Positions 1-10,316 of a stretch of 64,000 nucleotides of DNA are shown one piece after another. Below the pieces are notes generated by a model. That model was not told the DNA's origin. It ran no database searches and saw only the letters and a list, made by a program, of their open reading frames with translations. The DNA is taken from positions 128,001-192,000 of the forward strand of contig CAVUWD010000019.1 of assembly GCA_963745025.1 (NCBI GenBank), in the 5' to 3' direction. A program made the position numbers and the translations under genes. Numbering within the stretch: the first letter of the stretch is position 1; each line of letters opens with the position of its first letter. The stretch comes from an uncultured delta proteobacterium. Lineage in GTDB: Bacteria > Desulfobacterota > Binatia > JACPRU01.

Positions 1-2
1 GG

Positions 3-494
3 CGCGCGCTGATCCTCGGCACGCAGACCTTCGGCAAGGGCTCGGTCCAGACGATCCTGCCGCTCGACGACAACTCGGCGTTGCGCCTGACGACGGCGCG
101 CTACTACACGCCGCGCGGACGCTCGATCCAAGCGACCGGCATCACCCCGGACATCATCATGAGCAACGAGCTCACGGCGGCGAAGCCGACAGGCGCGCAG
201 AACGAGATGGGGGACTTCCTCCGCGAGGAGAACCTGCGCGGTCACTTCAACAACGGGAATCCGCTGCCGGCGAAGCCGGAGAAGCCCGCGAAGCCCGGCG
301 ACGCGGAGAAACCCGACGGCGCGACACAGCCGCAATCCCAAACGCCCGTGGGAGAGCCTCCGGGTGCGTCGGCGGTGGCGGAGGTGCGCGAGGGTGAGAC
401 CGGCCGCGATCCGCAGCTCGACCGAGCGCTCGAGCTCCTGAAGAGCTGGAAGGTCTTCAAGGCCCTGACGAACCCGTCCACGGAAACGGGGTGA
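3..494 (+). CDS. ctpA: C-terminal processing protease (S41 family), 3' part
   Basis: Frame from nt 3 reads [21 protein letters not shown]...[24 protein letters not shown] and ends [11 protein letters not shown], all S41A motifs. Truncated by the window edge. Confidence 0.92.
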   Translation, partial: RALILGTQTFGKGSVQTILPLDDNSALRLTTARYYTPRGRSIQATGITPDIIMSNELTAAKPTGAQNEMGDFLREENLRGHFNNGNPLPAKPEKPAKPGDAEKPDGATQPQSQTPVGEPPGASAVAEVREGETGRDPQLDRALELLKSWKVFKALTNPSTETG

Positions 495-1855
495 ACGGCC
501 GTCTTCGCTCGGCGCCCACGGCTCCGCGTGTTCTCACCGTTGCCGAGCTCGCGCGCCGGATTCAGCATGCGCTCGAAGGCGGTCTCGACGGGGTCTGGGT
601 CGTCGGCGAGATCTCGAACTTCCGCGCGGCCCCTTCCGGCCACTATTACTTCACGCTGAAGGACGAAGAGGCGCAGCTCGCCGCCGTGCTCTTCCGCAGC
701 GCCGCGGCGCGCATCCGCTTCCGGCCGAGCGATGGCCTCGAGGTCGTGGCCGGCGGGCGCGTGCGACTCTACGAGGCGCGAGGGACGCTGCAGCTCTACG
801 TCGAGTCCCTCGAGCCGCGTGGGCTCGGCGCGCTGCGCCTGCAGCTCCAGCAGCTGCGCGACAAGCTCGCCGCCGAAGGGCTGCTCGCGGCGGAGCGCAA
901 GCGACCGCTGCCGTACCTGCCGCGTTGCGTTGGCGTCGTCACGGCGCTCGGCGGTGCCGCGATTCACGACATTCTCACCATGCTGCGTGCTCGATTTCCG
1001 AATCTCCGCGTGATCGTCCGCCCCGTCCGCGTCCAGGGTCTCGGTGCCGAGCGCGAGATCGCCGCCGGCATTCACGAGATCGGCGCGGTGCCCGAGGTCG
1101 AGGTGCTGATCGTCGGCCGCGGCGGCGGCTCGGTGGAAGATCTCTGGGCGTTCAACGATGAAAGCGTGGCGCGGGCGATCGCGGGGTGTCGGGTGCCGGT
1201 GGTGTCGGCGGTCGGGCACGAGATCGACGTGACGATCGCCGATCTGGTCGCCGATGCGCGCGCGCCCACGCCGACGGCCGCCGCGGAGCTCGTCGTGCCG
1301 CTCGAGCGGGAGCTCGTGGCGAAGCTCGAGGAGCATCGCCGTGCGCTCGAGCGCGCGCTCGAGCGCCATCTCGAGAGGGGTTATCGGATCGTCCGCTCGT
1401 TGCGTGCGCGCCTGCGCGACCCGCGAGGCGCGATTCGCTCGGCCGGGGCTCGGACGATCGAAATCCGGCTTCGGTTGCTCCGCGCCGCACGCCGCGCTCT
1501 CGCCGGGTCGCGCGAATCCGTGATCGGTTTCGAGCAGCGGCTGTTGTTTTCCTCTCCCGCGCGGCGCGTCGCCGGGGATCGCGCGCGAATCGAGGAGGCG
1601 GTTCCCCGGCTCTCGGCTTCGATGCGGCATCGCGCGGCGATCGCGCGCGAGCGGCTGGCGCGGCTCGCGGCGTCCTTGTCGAGCCTCTCGCCGCTCGGCG
1701 TGCTCGAGCGCGGCTATGCGGTCGTCTGGAAAACCGCAGGGGCGACTCCGCTGCGCGCCGCGAGCGAGGTGCAGCCGGGCGAGGAGCTCCGCATCCGGCT
1801 CGCCCGCGGCGGGCTTCGTGCCCGAGTCGAGTCCCGCGAGGATGAGGATGGCTGA
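491..1855 (+). CDS. xseA: Exodeoxyribonuclease VII large subunit
   Basis: [53 protein letters not shown] and [11 protein letters not shown] motifs. Confidence 0.97.
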   Translation: MNGRLRSAPTAPRVLTVAELARRIQHALEGGLDGVWVVGEISNFRAAPSGHYYFTLKDEEAQLAAVLFRSAAARIRFRPSDGLEVVAGGRVRLYEARGTLQLYVESLEPRGLGALRLQLQQLRDKLAAEGLLAAERKRPLPYLPRCVGVVTALGGAAIHDILTMLRARFPNLRVIVRPVRVQGLGAEREIAAGIHEIGAVPEVEVLIVGRGGGSVEDLWAFNDESVARAIAGCRVPVVSAVGHEIDVTIADLVADARAPTPTAAAELVVPLERELVAKLEEHRRALERALERHLERGYRIVRSLRARLRDPRGAIRSAGARTIEIRLRLLRAARRALAGSRESVIGFEQRLLFSSPARRVAGDRARIEEAVPRLSASMRHRAAIARERLARLAASLSSLSPLGVLERGYAVVWKTAGATPLRAASEVQPGEELRIRLARGGLRARVESREDEDG

Positions 1856-2690
1856 GCGGCTAGGAGTGGAGACGTTCTTGGCCGCTCTGTGGCTCGCAGC
1901 GGCGCCGGGGCTCTCCGCCGCGCATTCGGTGACCGTGGATCCACCCGCCGTCCCGGTTGGCGGTCTCGCCGTGGTCCGCACGGACGCCTCTGCTCCGAAC
2001 GGAACCTTCGACGGCAAGCGCCTGCGATTTTTCGCTGCCGCGGGCGGCTCGGCCGCGCTCGTCGGCATCGACCTCGACCGGCGCTCGGGCCGCTACCCGA
2101 TCGAGGTCGAGTATCGGGACGGAATGCGGGTGCGGGCGGAACTCGAGGTTCGCGACAAGACATTTCCCGAAGAACGACTGATGGTGCCGAAGGCCTACGT
2201 CGCGCCCGATGCCGCAACGCTCCGCCGGATAGACCGCGAGCAGCGTCTGCTCGCTGGGCTCTGGGAACGGAGCCCTCCCGACCGCTACTGGCGAGGCGAG
2301 TTCGTGCCGCCGTCCGAAGGTGCAGCCGGATCCCCATTCGGCCTGCGGCGCTTTTTCAACGGTGAGCCGCGGAGCCCGCACGCCGGCATGGACTTCCGCG
2401 CACCGCAAGGCGCGCCGGTTCACGCGTCGAACCGCGGCCGCGTCGTGCTCGCGCAGGATCTCTTCTTCACGGGCAACACGGTGGTGATCGATCATGGCTT
2501 CGGGCTCTTCACGCTCTACGTGCATCTGTCGAGGCTCACGGTTCGGCGCGGAGCGATGGCGGACAAAGGCCAGGAGATCGGCCAAGTCGGCATGACGGGT
2601 CGTGCTACGGGTCCGCACCTCCACTTCGCGGTGCGCGTCGCGGATGCGCGCATCGATCCCGAGGCCTTACTGGAGCGCGATCTGGATTGA
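1848..2690 (+). CDS. M23 family metallopeptidase, exported
   Basis: HAGMD (HxxxD) and TGPHLHF (HxH) motifs. Signal peptide follows ATG 1848. Lies between xseA and xseB. Confidence 0.9.
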   Translation: MAERLGVETFLAALWLAAAPGLSAAHSVTVDPPAVPVGGLAVVRTDASAPNGTFDGKRLRFFAAAGGSAALVGIDLDRRSGRYPIEVEYRDGMRVRAELEVRDKTFPEERLMVPKAYVAPDAATLRRIDREQRLLAGLWERSPPDRYWRGEFVPPSEGAAGSPFGLRRFFNGEPRSPHAGMDFRAPQGAPVHASNRGRVVLAQDLFFTGNTVVIDHGFGLFTLYVHLSRLTVRRGAMADKGQEIGQVGMTGRATGPHLHFAVRVADARIDPEALLERDLD

Positions 2691-2697
2691 TAAGGAC

Positions 2698-2770
2698 GGC
2701 TACCGACTACCGGCCACCGCAGAGGATCCTTGGGGCTTTTTCCGGTAGCCTGGAGCCGGAAGCCGGTAGC
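2698..2770. repeat. Heptamer palindromic repeat (HPR family 1), copy 1
   Basis: ggctacc gactacc ggccacc - spacer - ggtagcc tggagcc ggaagcc ggtagc. Confidence 0.85.
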
Positions 2771-2786
2771 GCAGGAGGCCCGATCG

Positions 2787-3014
2787 ATGAAGTTCGAAGA
2801 ACGTCTCAGCGATCTCGAGGGAATCGTCGAGAAGCTCGAAAGCGCGGACCTGCCGCTCGAGGAGGCGCTCGCACTCTTCGAGAAGGGCATCGGCCTCGTC
2901 CGCGAGCTCTCCACGCACCTCGAGGAGGTAGAGCGGAAGCTCGAGGTGCTGACGCGCGACGCCGCCGGAGAAGCCGAGCTTCGCGAGATGGAGGAGCCGA
3001 AGCGTGACGACTGA
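2787..3014 (+). CDS. xseB: Exodeoxyribonuclease VII small subunit
   Basis: MKFEERLSDLEGIVEKLESADLPLEEALALFEKG. SD aggagg upstream. Confidence 0.95.
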   Translation: MKFEERLSDLEGIVEKLESADLPLEEALALFEKGIGLVRELSTHLEEVERKLEVLTRDAAGEAELREMEEPKRDD

Positions 3015-3888
3015 CGAGTATCTGCAGCGGTGGACGACCGAGGTCGACGCCGCCCTCGGCGAGCTCGTGCGCGAGAGGCGCGCGAGGGTGGAGCCCCGAC
3101 TGCTCGAGGCAATGGAGTATAGCTTGACGTCGCCCGGCAAACGCATCCGCCCGATCCTCGTGCTCGCGGCCGCGGAGGCACTCGGCGCCGACCCTCGTCC
3201 GCTCCTTCCGTTCGCTTGTGCGGCCGAGATGGTGCACACCTACTCTCTGATCCACGACGATCTGCCGGCGATGGACGACGACGATCTCCGCCGCGGCCGC
3301 CCGACGAACCACAGGGTCTTCGGCGAGGCCGTCGCGGTCCTCGCCGGAGACGCCTTGCTGACCGAGGCATTCGCCGTCCTCAGCGCCGACGGCGGGCTCA
3401 GTGCCGAGCGCCGGCTCGCGGCGATTCGTGAGCTCGCCGTTGCGGCGGGTGCCGAGGGAATGGTCGGAGGACAGACGGCGGACATCCTCGCCGAAGGCGC
3501 CGAAGCCGACCCACGCCGGGTCGAGTCCATCCACCGCCGCAAGACGGGCGCGCTGCTGCGTGCCTGCGTCCGCATCGGCGCAATCCTCGCCGGGGCGGAC
3601 GCGCCGGCTCTCGCGAGTCTATCGGCCTACGGTGAAGCGATCGGCTTGGCCTTCCAGATCGCCGACGACCTGCTCGACGAGCTCGGCAGCACTCGGGTCA
3701 CCGGCAAGTCGGCGCAGCGCGACCGCGAGCGTGGCAAGTCGACCTACCCCGCGGCGCTGGGGGTCGCGCGCGCCCGTCAATTGCTCCGCGAGTTGCTGGA
3801 GCAGGGCCTTGCGGCGCTCGGTGAATTCGGTGCCAGCGCCGAGCCGCTGCGGGAGATCGCGCGTCGCGTCGTGGAGCGGGCGTTGTAA
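3004..3888 (+). CDS. ispA: Polyprenyl (farnesyl) diphosphate synthase
   Basis: GKRIRP, SLIHDDLPAMDDDDLRRGRPT, KTGAL and FQIADD motifs. Confidence 0.95.
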   Translation: MTTDEYLQRWTTEVDAALGELVRERRARVEPRLLEAMEYSLTSPGKRIRPILVLAAAEALGADPRPLLPFACAAEMVHTYSLIHDDLPAMDDDDLRRGRPTNHRVFGEAVAVLAGDALLTEAFAVLSADGGLSAERRLAAIRELAVAAGAEGMVGGQTADILAEGAEADPRRVESIHRRKTGALLRACVRIGAILAGADAPALASLSAYGEAIGLAFQIADDLLDELGSTRVTGKSAQRDRERGKSTYPAALGVARARQLLRELLEQGLAALGEFGASAEPLREIARRVVERAL

Positions 3889-3895
3889 AAAGGAC

Positions 3896-3969
3896 GGCTA
3901 CCGGCTACCGACTACCGGTTACCGGAAAGGCAGCGCGGCGTCTTTGCCGGAAGCCGGAAGCCGGTAGCC
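3896..3969. repeat. HPR family 1, copy 2
   Basis: ggctacc ggctacc gactacc ggttacc ggaaagg...ctttgcc ggaagcc ggaagcc ggtagcc. Confidence 0.9.
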
Positions 3970-3973
3970 GGAG

Positions 3974-4708
3974 ATGCCAAAGATTCGCCTCGACGTCCTT
4001 CTCGTCGCCCGAGGTCTGGTGAAGTCCCGTGAAGAGGCGCAGCGCATGATCCTCGCGGGCGAAGTGCGCGTTGGTGATCGGCCGGCTGCCAAGCCGTCCG
4101 AGAATGTGGCGCCGGATGCGACCCTCGCGGTCGGGAAGCGGCCGCGGTTCGTCAGCCGGGGTGGCGAGAAGCTCGACGGCGCGCTCCGCGCGCTGGGCGT
4201 CGACTTCTCGGGACGGGTCGCCCTCGACGTTGGCGCGTCGACCGGCGGCTTCACGGATTGCCTTCTCCAGCACGGCGTCCGTCGTGTCTATGCAGTCGAC
4301 GTCGGCTACGGCCAACTCGACTGGCGCCTTCGCAAGGATCCACGAGTGGTGGTGATCGAGCGCCAGAACATCCGCGCGCTATCGCCCTCGTCCATTCCCG
4401 AGCCGGTCGACGTCGCGGTCGTCGACGTCTCCTTCATCTCGCTTCGCCTCGTGCTGCCAAAGATCCGCGAGCTGCTCGGCCCGGCGGCGACGGTCATCGC
4501 GCTCGTCAAGCCGCAGTTCGAGGTGGGCAGGGGGAACGTCGGTAGGGGTGGGGTCGTACGCGACTCCGCGCTTCACCGCGAGGCGATCGACGGTGTCCGC
4601 CAGGCGGCGCACGCGCTCGGCTTCGTCGAGCGCGGCTTCGCCGAGTCGCCGCTTCGCGGCCCGAGTGGAAACCGGGAGTTTTTTCTCTATTGGTCCACGG
4701 ACGGTTGA
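3974..4708 (+). CDS. tlyA: TlyA family rRNA 2'-O-methyltransferase
   Basis: S4 domain RLDVLLV, FVSRGGEKL, DVGASTGGFTD, DVSFISL, LVKPQFE and GNREF. Confidence 0.95.
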   Translation: MPKIRLDVLLVARGLVKSREEAQRMILAGEVRVGDRPAAKPSENVAPDATLAVGKRPRFVSRGGEKLDGALRALGVDFSGRVALDVGASTGGFTDCLLQHGVRRVYAVDVGYGQLDWRLRKDPRVVVIERQNIRALSPSSIPEPVDVAVVDVSFISLRLVLPKIRELLGPAATVIALVKPQFEVGRGNVGRGGVVRDSALHREAIDGVRQAAHALGFVERGFAESPLRGPSGNREFFLYWSTDG

Positions 4709-4743
4709 CAGGGAGCGACCGAGGGTCGACGCTTGGCGTCACC

Positions 4744-5181
4744 ATGGGCGATCGACGCGATCGTCTTGCTCGGATGCTGAATGCCAAGCGGGGAGAGCTC
4801 TTCCTGACGTTACGGCGGGAGTTCGGGGAGCGCCTCGAGGAGGATGCGCTCACGTCTCAAGACGAGAAGATCGAGATCGGCGACCGCTCGGTCTCAGTGC
4901 TCGGCCAAGACGTCGAGCTCGAGCGGCTGGAGATGAAGCGGCGGCAGCTCCGGCGCATCGACGATGTGCTCGAGCGTCTCGACCAGGGCAGCTATGGTCT
5001 TTGCGAGGATTGCGACGCCGAGATCGCCGAGGAGCGCCTCGAGATCGTGCCGCTCGCTACCCGCTGCGTGGAATGCGAGCGCAGGAGAGAGGTCGAAGAA
5101 AAGCGCATCGAGACGACCGGTGGAGGGTTTCGCGCCGGATTCCGCGACATCCGGGAGAGGTCCGAGGAGGGCGAGGATTGA
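4744..5181 (+). CDS. TraR/DksA C4-type zinc-finger protein
   Basis: Coiled coil followed by YGLCEDCDAEIAEERLEIVPLATRCVEC. Confidence 0.88.
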   Translation: MGDRRDRLARMLNAKRGELFLTLRREFGERLEEDALTSQDEKIEIGDRSVSVLGQDVELERLEMKRRQLRRIDDVLERLDQGSYGLCEDCDAEIAEERLEIVPLATRCVECERRREVEEKRIETTGGGFRAGFRDIRERSEEGED

Positions 5182-5252
5182 GGGTGCCGAGAGCGGCGCG
5201 GTTGCATTTGCGCCGGTCGTGATCAGGGTATTTTTAACTGGCGGTCGGCAAG

Positions 5253-5444
5253 CTACTTCGGGTAGACCATCCGAACCTTGCCCGCGCCGATTTCGCGCAG
5301 GCTGGTGACGATGTCCTTGTTATCGGTTTCGACCAGGGGCCGGGCGCCCTTCAGCAGCAACTTGGCCCGCTTCGATGCGAGGAGTACGAGTTCGAAGCGG
5401 TTTGGGATCTTCTCGAGGCAATCTTCGACGGTGATGCGAGCCAT
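5253..5444 (-). CDS. rpoZ: RNA polymerase omega subunit
   Basis: [28 protein letters not shown]...K.IVTSLREI. Confidence 0.96.
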   Translation of the reverse strand: MARITVEDCLEKIPNRFELVLLASKRAKLLLKGARPLVETDNKDIVTSLREIGAGKVRMVYPK

Positions 5445-5520
5445 GTGCGTATCCTTCTTTCGATTCCGCTACTTCTATCCGGGCGGTGCGGTCAGCGCAA
5501 GCACGCCACGATCCTGACCG

Positions 5521-6642
5521 ATGGCCCGAAAAGATCTCTACGGGGTTCTCGGCGTCGGCCGAAAGGCGTCGGCCGATGAAATAAAGAAGGCGTACCGCAA
5601 GCTCGCCCGTAAGCATCACCCGGACGTCAATCCCGGCAACAAGCAGGCGGAGGAGCGTTTCAAGGAGATCTCGTTCGCCAACGACGTGCTCGCGGATCCC
5701 GAAAAGCGGAAGATCTACGACGAATTCGGCTTCGAGGGGCTGCAAAGCGGATTCGACGCGGATCGTGCGCGACAGTACCGCGAATGGCAGTCGAGCGGCG
5801 GCTCGGCTCCGGCGGGGCGGGGATTTGGCAAGTATTCGAGCTTCGAGGACGTCTTCAGCGATCTCGGCGATCTGTTCGGCGGCCAGGGTCGGGGGTTCCG
5901 CGGCCCGGGACGCGGCGCCGATCTCGAATACTCGCTCGAGCTCGATCTGCTCGATGCGGTGCATGGCGTTACGCAGACGATCGCGCTGCGACGGCCGGTC
6001 GCCTGTCCTCAGTGCGGAGGCGCCGGAGGCAAGGGGGCCACGGTTTGCCCGCAGTGCGAGGGGGCCGGTCAGGTGCGGGTGGGCGGGGGCCCGGTCGCCT
6101 TCGGCCGGACGTGTCCGCGTTGCTCCGGGAGCGGACGCGCGTACACCGAGCCGTGTCCCCGCTGCGGGGCGACCGGTCGGATCGACGAGGTGGATCGGCT
6201 GAGTGTCAAGATTCCCGCTGGCGTCGACGAGGGCTCGAAAATCCGCCTCGCGGGCAAGGGCGAGGCTGGATACAAAGGAGGACCGCCGGGAGACCTCTAC
6301 ATCAACGTCCGGCTCCGCCCGCATCCGTTCCTCGAGCGGCGAGGCCAAGACCTCTATCTCGATCTCCCGGTCACCGTCGGCGAAGCCACGCTCGGTGCCT
6401 CCGTCACCGTTCCAACCCCGGGCGGGGACGTGAGCCTGCGCATTTCGCCAGGCAGTCAGAGCGGCCAGCGTCTGCGGCTGCGTGGCCGCGGTGTGAAGGA
6501 CGCGAAGAGCAAAGCCGCAGGCGACCTCTACGTCCGCTTGCTCGTGCAGGTGCCCCGCGATGGCGGCGAAAAGGCCCGCCGGGCGGCCGAGGAGCTCGAG
6601 CAGTGCTACGGCGAGAGCCCGCGCAAGAACTTGAAGCTATGA
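5521..6642 (+). CDS. dnaJ: DnaJ-class chaperone (J domain, four CxxCxGxG-type repeats, CTD)
   Basis: HPD motif. Zinc repeats [24 protein letters not shown] and [21 protein letters not shown] in the C-terminal domain. Confidence 0.9.
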   Translation: MARKDLYGVLGVGRKASADEIKKAYRKLARKHHPDVNPGNKQAEERFKEISFANDVLADPEKRKIYDEFGFEGLQSGFDADRARQYREWQSSGGSAPAGRGFGKYSSFEDVFSDLGDLFGGQGRGFRGPGRGADLEYSLELDLLDAVHGVTQTIALRRPVACPQCGGAGGKGATVCPQCEGAGQVRVGGGPVAFGRTCPRCSGSGRAYTEPCPRCGATGRIDEVDRLSVKIPAGVDEGSKIRLAGKGEAGYKGGPPGDLYINVRLRPHPFLERRGQDLYLDLPVTVGEATLGASVTVPTPGGDVSLRISPGSQSGQRLRLRGRGVKDAKSKAAGDLYVRLLVQVPRDGGEKARRAAEELEQCYGESPRKNLKL

Positions 6643-6941
6643 GGTACTTGCGCCTGAGCGACATTGCCGAACGCTACGGTATCGGCCGCGACGAGCTGGA
6701 GATCTTGGCGCGAGAACAGCTGATCGAGATCAAGCACACGCTCGAGGAGGAGGCGGTCGTCTCGTGTGACGACGTCGACAAGGCGCGCCTCGCGAGGGTG
6801 CTGATGAACGAGCTCGACGTGAATCTGGCCGGCGCCGAGGTCATCGTCCACATGCGAGAAGAGATGCTCGCCATGCAGCGTCAGTTCGGCAAGATCCTCG
6901 AACTGCTGATCGAGGAGATCCGTCGCGCCGCAGAGCGTTGA
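6639..6941 (+). CDS. CbpM/HspR-like MerR-fold chaperone modulator
   Basis: ATGA overlap with dnaJ. The [17 protein letters not shown] motif is typical of CbpM/HspR. Confidence 0.8.
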   Translation: MRYLRLSDIAERYGIGRDELEILAREQLIEIKHTLEEEAVVSCDDVDKARLARVLMNELDVNLAGAEVIVHMREEMLAMQRQFGKILELLIEEIRRAAER

Positions 6942-6992
6942 GCCGTCTCGCGAATTGCCCTACCTTCGGGGCTGACGACGCGCGGGCCGACC

Positions 6993-8031
6993 ATGGCGGA
7001 CGTACCCGAAAAGGCCGATTTGGCCGCCGAAGAGCTGCAGCCGGGCGAGGGAGACGGGGTGCCCGACCTCGTCGAATCCGACAAGGAGCAGCGTTCCGAC
7101 GAGACCGCTCTCATCCCTCGGGATCCGCTCAGCCGCTATCTCGCCGAGATTCGCCGCTATCCTCTGCTCACCCCCGAGGAGGAGCACCGCCTGGCAGTCG
7201 AGTACAAGGCATATGGCGACATCACGCCGGCGTACCGCCTGGTGACCGCCAACCTCCGTCTCGTGGTGATGATCGCGCGGCGACTACGAGAACGCGTTCC
7301 GCAATCTCTTCGATCTCATCCAGGAGGGCAACATCGGCCTGATGGAGGCGGTCAAGAACTTCGACCCCTACCGCGGGATCCGCTTCCCGACCTACGCCGT
7401 GTGGTGGATCCGCGCCTACATCATCCGTTACTTGATGAACAATTTCCGCATGGTGAAGCTCGGTACCACGCAGGCGCAGCGCCGCCTGTTCTTCAACCTG
7501 CAGAAGGAAAAGCAACGACTCGAGGCCGAAGGTTTCGAGATCAGCCCGAAGCTGATCGCCCGCCGTCTCGACGTGAAGCCGAGCGAAGTCATCGAGATGG
7601 AGCAGCGCATGAGCGCGCGCGACCTCTCGGTCGACAGCCCGATCGGCGTCGATGAGGAAGGAACGATGCTCGACTTGCTGCCGAGCAAAGGGACGACCGA
7701 GGAGACCGTGGCGGACGCGCATTACCAGAAGGTCATCGCCGAGAAGATGCGCGAGTTCGGCACGACGCTGACGGGCAAGGAACGCACGATCTTCGAGAAG
7801 CGACTGCTCACCGAGGAGCCGATGACGCTTCAGGAGATCGGTGAGATGTACGACATCAGCCGCGAGCGCGTGCGGCAGATCGAGGAGCGGCTCAAGCGGC
7901 GGCTGCGGGAGTTCTTGCTCGCCGACATGAAGGACCTCGAGACCGTGGAGGTGGTGAGCTCGACACCGCGCCGGCGTCGCCGCAAAGCCGCGGCGGAGAC
8001 GTCGACCGAGGTCCCGCCCAAGTCCGGTTGA
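6993..8031 (+). CDS. rpoH: RNA polymerase sigma-32 family factor (one apparent +1 frameshift at ~7279)
   Basis: [39 protein letters not shown] and the RpoH box [12 protein letters not shown]. Removing one base at ~7279 joins the two ORFs. Confidence 0.88.
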
Positions 8032-8040
8032 GACGCGTTC

Positions 8041-8101
8041 GGCTGTCCGCGATCGGCCTTCGGCAAAGACGCCGGGTGTCGAGAGCGGATGGCGGACAGC
8101 C
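8041..8101. repeat. Heptamer palindrome, sister family 2; possible bidirectional terminator
   Basis: ggctgtc cgcgatc ggccttc ggcaaag...gagagcg gatggcg gacagcc, between convergent rpoH and AKR genes. Confidence 0.6.
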
Positions 8102-8111
8102 ATTCGCGTTT

Positions 8112-9125
8112 CTAGCGCTTCTCGCTCGGGTCCAACCCGCGCTGGATCCACGCGATCATCGAGCCGGGGTACTCGGGTGGCGGCGCCGTGGCCTCCTCGA
8201 GGCGGGCGGCGATCTCGGGCGTGATGGCGACCTCGCGGGCCGCGAGGTTGTCTTCGAGCTGCGAGGCCGTGCGCGCGCCGATGATCACCGAGGTGATCTC
8301 TGGCTTGGCGAGCTGCCAGGCGAGCGCCAGCGCGGCCGGAGTGACCTCGATCGTCGCCGCGCACTGGCGCAGCACCTCGACGATCGCGAACGCGCGATCG
8401 GTGAAGTAATCCTTGTAGATCGGAATCTCGCGCTGGCCGAGCCGAGCGTCGGAGGGCCGCGCGTCTTTGCGGATCTTGCCCGTGAGCATGCCGGCGGCGA
8501 GCGGGCTCCACGTGAGGATGCCGAGCCCGAGGTCGCGGCAGGCGGCGAAATGCTCGCGCTCGATCGCGCGCACGAGGAGGTTGTACTGAGGCTGCAACGA
8601 AACGAAGCGATTGAGGCCCCGCGCCTCGCACCAGGTCACGGCCTGCGCGATCCGGTATGCACGATAATTGGAGCAGCCGAGGTAAAGGACCTTGCCCGCA
8701 CGAACCAGATCGTCGAGCGCCGCGAGCGTCTCCTCGAGCGGCGTCGATAGATCCTCGGCATGGATCTGGTAGAGGTCGATCGTGTCGACGCGCAAGCGCT
8801 TGAGGCTCGCTTCGCAGGCTTCGCGGATGTGCTTGCGGGAGGCGCCGCGGTCGTTCGCACCTCGCCCCGTCGGCATCGTACACTTGGTGGCGAGGACGAT
8901 CTCGCGGTGGCGGCCGTCGAGGGCCTTGCCGCAGATCTCCTCCGACCGTCCGTCGGCATAGATGTCCGCCGTGTCGATGAAGTTGCCGCCGGCGTCGAGG
9001 AACCGCGCGACCAGATCGAGCGCGGCCTTCTCGTCGCATCCCCAGCCCGCCGTGCCGAACGTCATGGCTCCGAGACAAAGCTCCGAGACGCGAAGTCCGC
9101 TTCGACCGAGCGTACGAAGTCGCAT
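8112..9125 (-). CDS. Aldo/keto reductase
   Basis: LGRSGLRVSELCLGAMTFG, FIDTADIY, IVLATK, IDLYQIH, QPQYNLL and WSPLAAG. Confidence 0.95.
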   Translation of the reverse strand: MRLRTLGRSGLRVSELCLGAMTFGTAGWGCDEKAALDLVARFLDAGGNFIDTADIYADGRSEEICGKALDGRHREIVLATKCTMPTGRGANDRGASRKHIREACEASLKRLRVDTIDLYQIHAEDLSTPLEETLAALDDLVRAGKVLYLGCSNYRAYRIAQAVTWCEARGLNRFVSLQPQYNLLVRAIEREHFAACRDLGLGILTWSPLAAGMLTGKIRKDARPSDARLGQREIPIYKDYFTDRAFAIVEVLRQCAATIEVTPAALALAWQLAKPEITSVIIGARTASQLEDNLAAREVAITPEIAARLEEATAPPPEYPGSMIAWIQRGLDPSEKR

Positions 9126-9262
9126 TGATCGTCCTCCGTCGACGTGGTTTAGCAGCGATCGCAGGTGACTACTACGTTAGGAATTCGCGCTTTTCCACGA
9201 GCATGTGAGATACGAGGCGTCGTCGCCGTCGCGCGTTCGAGTGGCGGCGACGTCGCATTGAG

Positions 9263-10312
9263 ATGAAGGTCGTTCTCGCAGGCTTTCCGCGCGTCGGTAA
9301 GACTACGGTCTTCCAGTCGCTGACCGGTCTGGCCGATTCCACGACCGCGCGTGGATCCGCCGCGCGCGGGGTGATCCGCGTTCCCGATGCGCGCGTCGAC
9401 AAGCTCTCAGAGGTCTATCGTCCGAAAAAGACCACCTACGCGACGGTCAGCTTCGTCGACGTGCAGGCTCCGGACGCGACGGGTGCGGACAAGTCGACGC
9501 TGCTTTCCTTGCCGCTGCTGGCCGAGCTGAAGGACGCAGACGCCGTGATCGCCGTCGTCAGAGGCTTCGTCGATCCGTACTCCGGCTCGCCTGCGGAGCT
9601 CGAGGCGGAGTTCGGGCGATTCGATGAAGAGCTCATCCTCACCGATCTCGCGGTGCTCGACAAGCGGCTCGAGCGCTTGAACAAGGAGGGTAAGAAGGAC
9701 CGAGAGCATGCGGTCATCGAACGGCTCGTCGGTACGCTCGGCGAGGGGAGGCCACTCCGAACGGTGAAGGTCGCGCCCGAGGAGGTAAAGCTCCTCTCCG
9801 GGTATTCACTGATCTCGGGCGCGCCGCTCCTGGTCGTCCCGAACCGCGCCGACGAGGAGGCGGCCAAGCCGCTGCCGCCCGCGTTCGTCGAACGGGTCAA
9901 GGGGCACGGCGGCGACTGCCTCGCCCTGGCCGGCCGGCTCGAGCGCGAGATCGCCGAGCTCGCGCCCGAGGATCAGGCGCCCTTCCTGCGCGACGCTGGC
10001 CTCGAGGCCTCGGCCCGCGACCGCTTCGTGCAAGCGGTCTACCGGATGCTCGATCTGGTGAGCTTTCTCACCGCCGGAGAGGACGAGGTGCGAGCCTGGA
10101 CGATCAAGCGCGGCACCCCGGCGCAGAAGGCGGCGGGCAAGATTCACAGCGACATCGAGAAGGGATTCATCCGCGCCGAAGTCATCGCCTACGATGATTT
10201 CATCCGCTATGGCAGCGAGGCGGAGTGCAAGAAGGCGGGCAAGGCGCGGCTCGAGGGCAAAGAGTATCCGGTGGTCGACGGCGACATCATCCACTTTCGG
10301 TTCAACGTGTGA
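9263..10312 (+). CDS. ychF: YchF/Obg-like ATPase with C-terminal DUF933 (TGS) domain
   Basis: GFPRVGKTT, VPDARVDKL, FLTAGEDEVRAW, AAGKIHSDIEKGFIRAEV and GDIIHFRFNV. Confidence 0.9.
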   Translation: MKVVLAGFPRVGKTTVFQSLTGLADSTTARGSAARGVIRVPDARVDKLSEVYRPKKTTYATVSFVDVQAPDATGADKSTLLSLPLLAELKDADAVIAVVRGFVDPYSGSPAELEAEFGRFDEELILTDLAVLDKRLERLNKEGKKDREHAVIERLVGTLGEGRPLRTVKVAPEEVKLLSGYSLISGAPLLVVPNRADEEAAKPLPPAFVERVKGHGGDCLALAGRLEREIAELAPEDQAPFLRDAGLEASARDRFVQAVYRMLDLVSFLTAGEDEVRAWTIKRGTPAQKAAGKIHSDIEKGFIRAEVIAYDDFIRYGSEAECKKAGKARLEGKEYPVVDGDIIHFRFNV

Positions 10313-10316
10313 GGCC

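Noticed and set aside
242-2068. Long antisense or alternate-frame ORFs (e.g. 242-2068, 13289-14545, 23433-24809, 36832-38058, 39910-41295)
   Set aside because: They are shadow ORFs of high-GC genes, Arg/Ala/Pro-rich, without motifs, and fully overlap well-supported CDSs.
5445-5520. CIRCE or HAIR heat-shock operators upstream of dnaJ or lon
   Set aside because: No TTAGCACTC-N9-GAGTGCTAA or CTTGAGT-N7-ACTCAAG match was seen.
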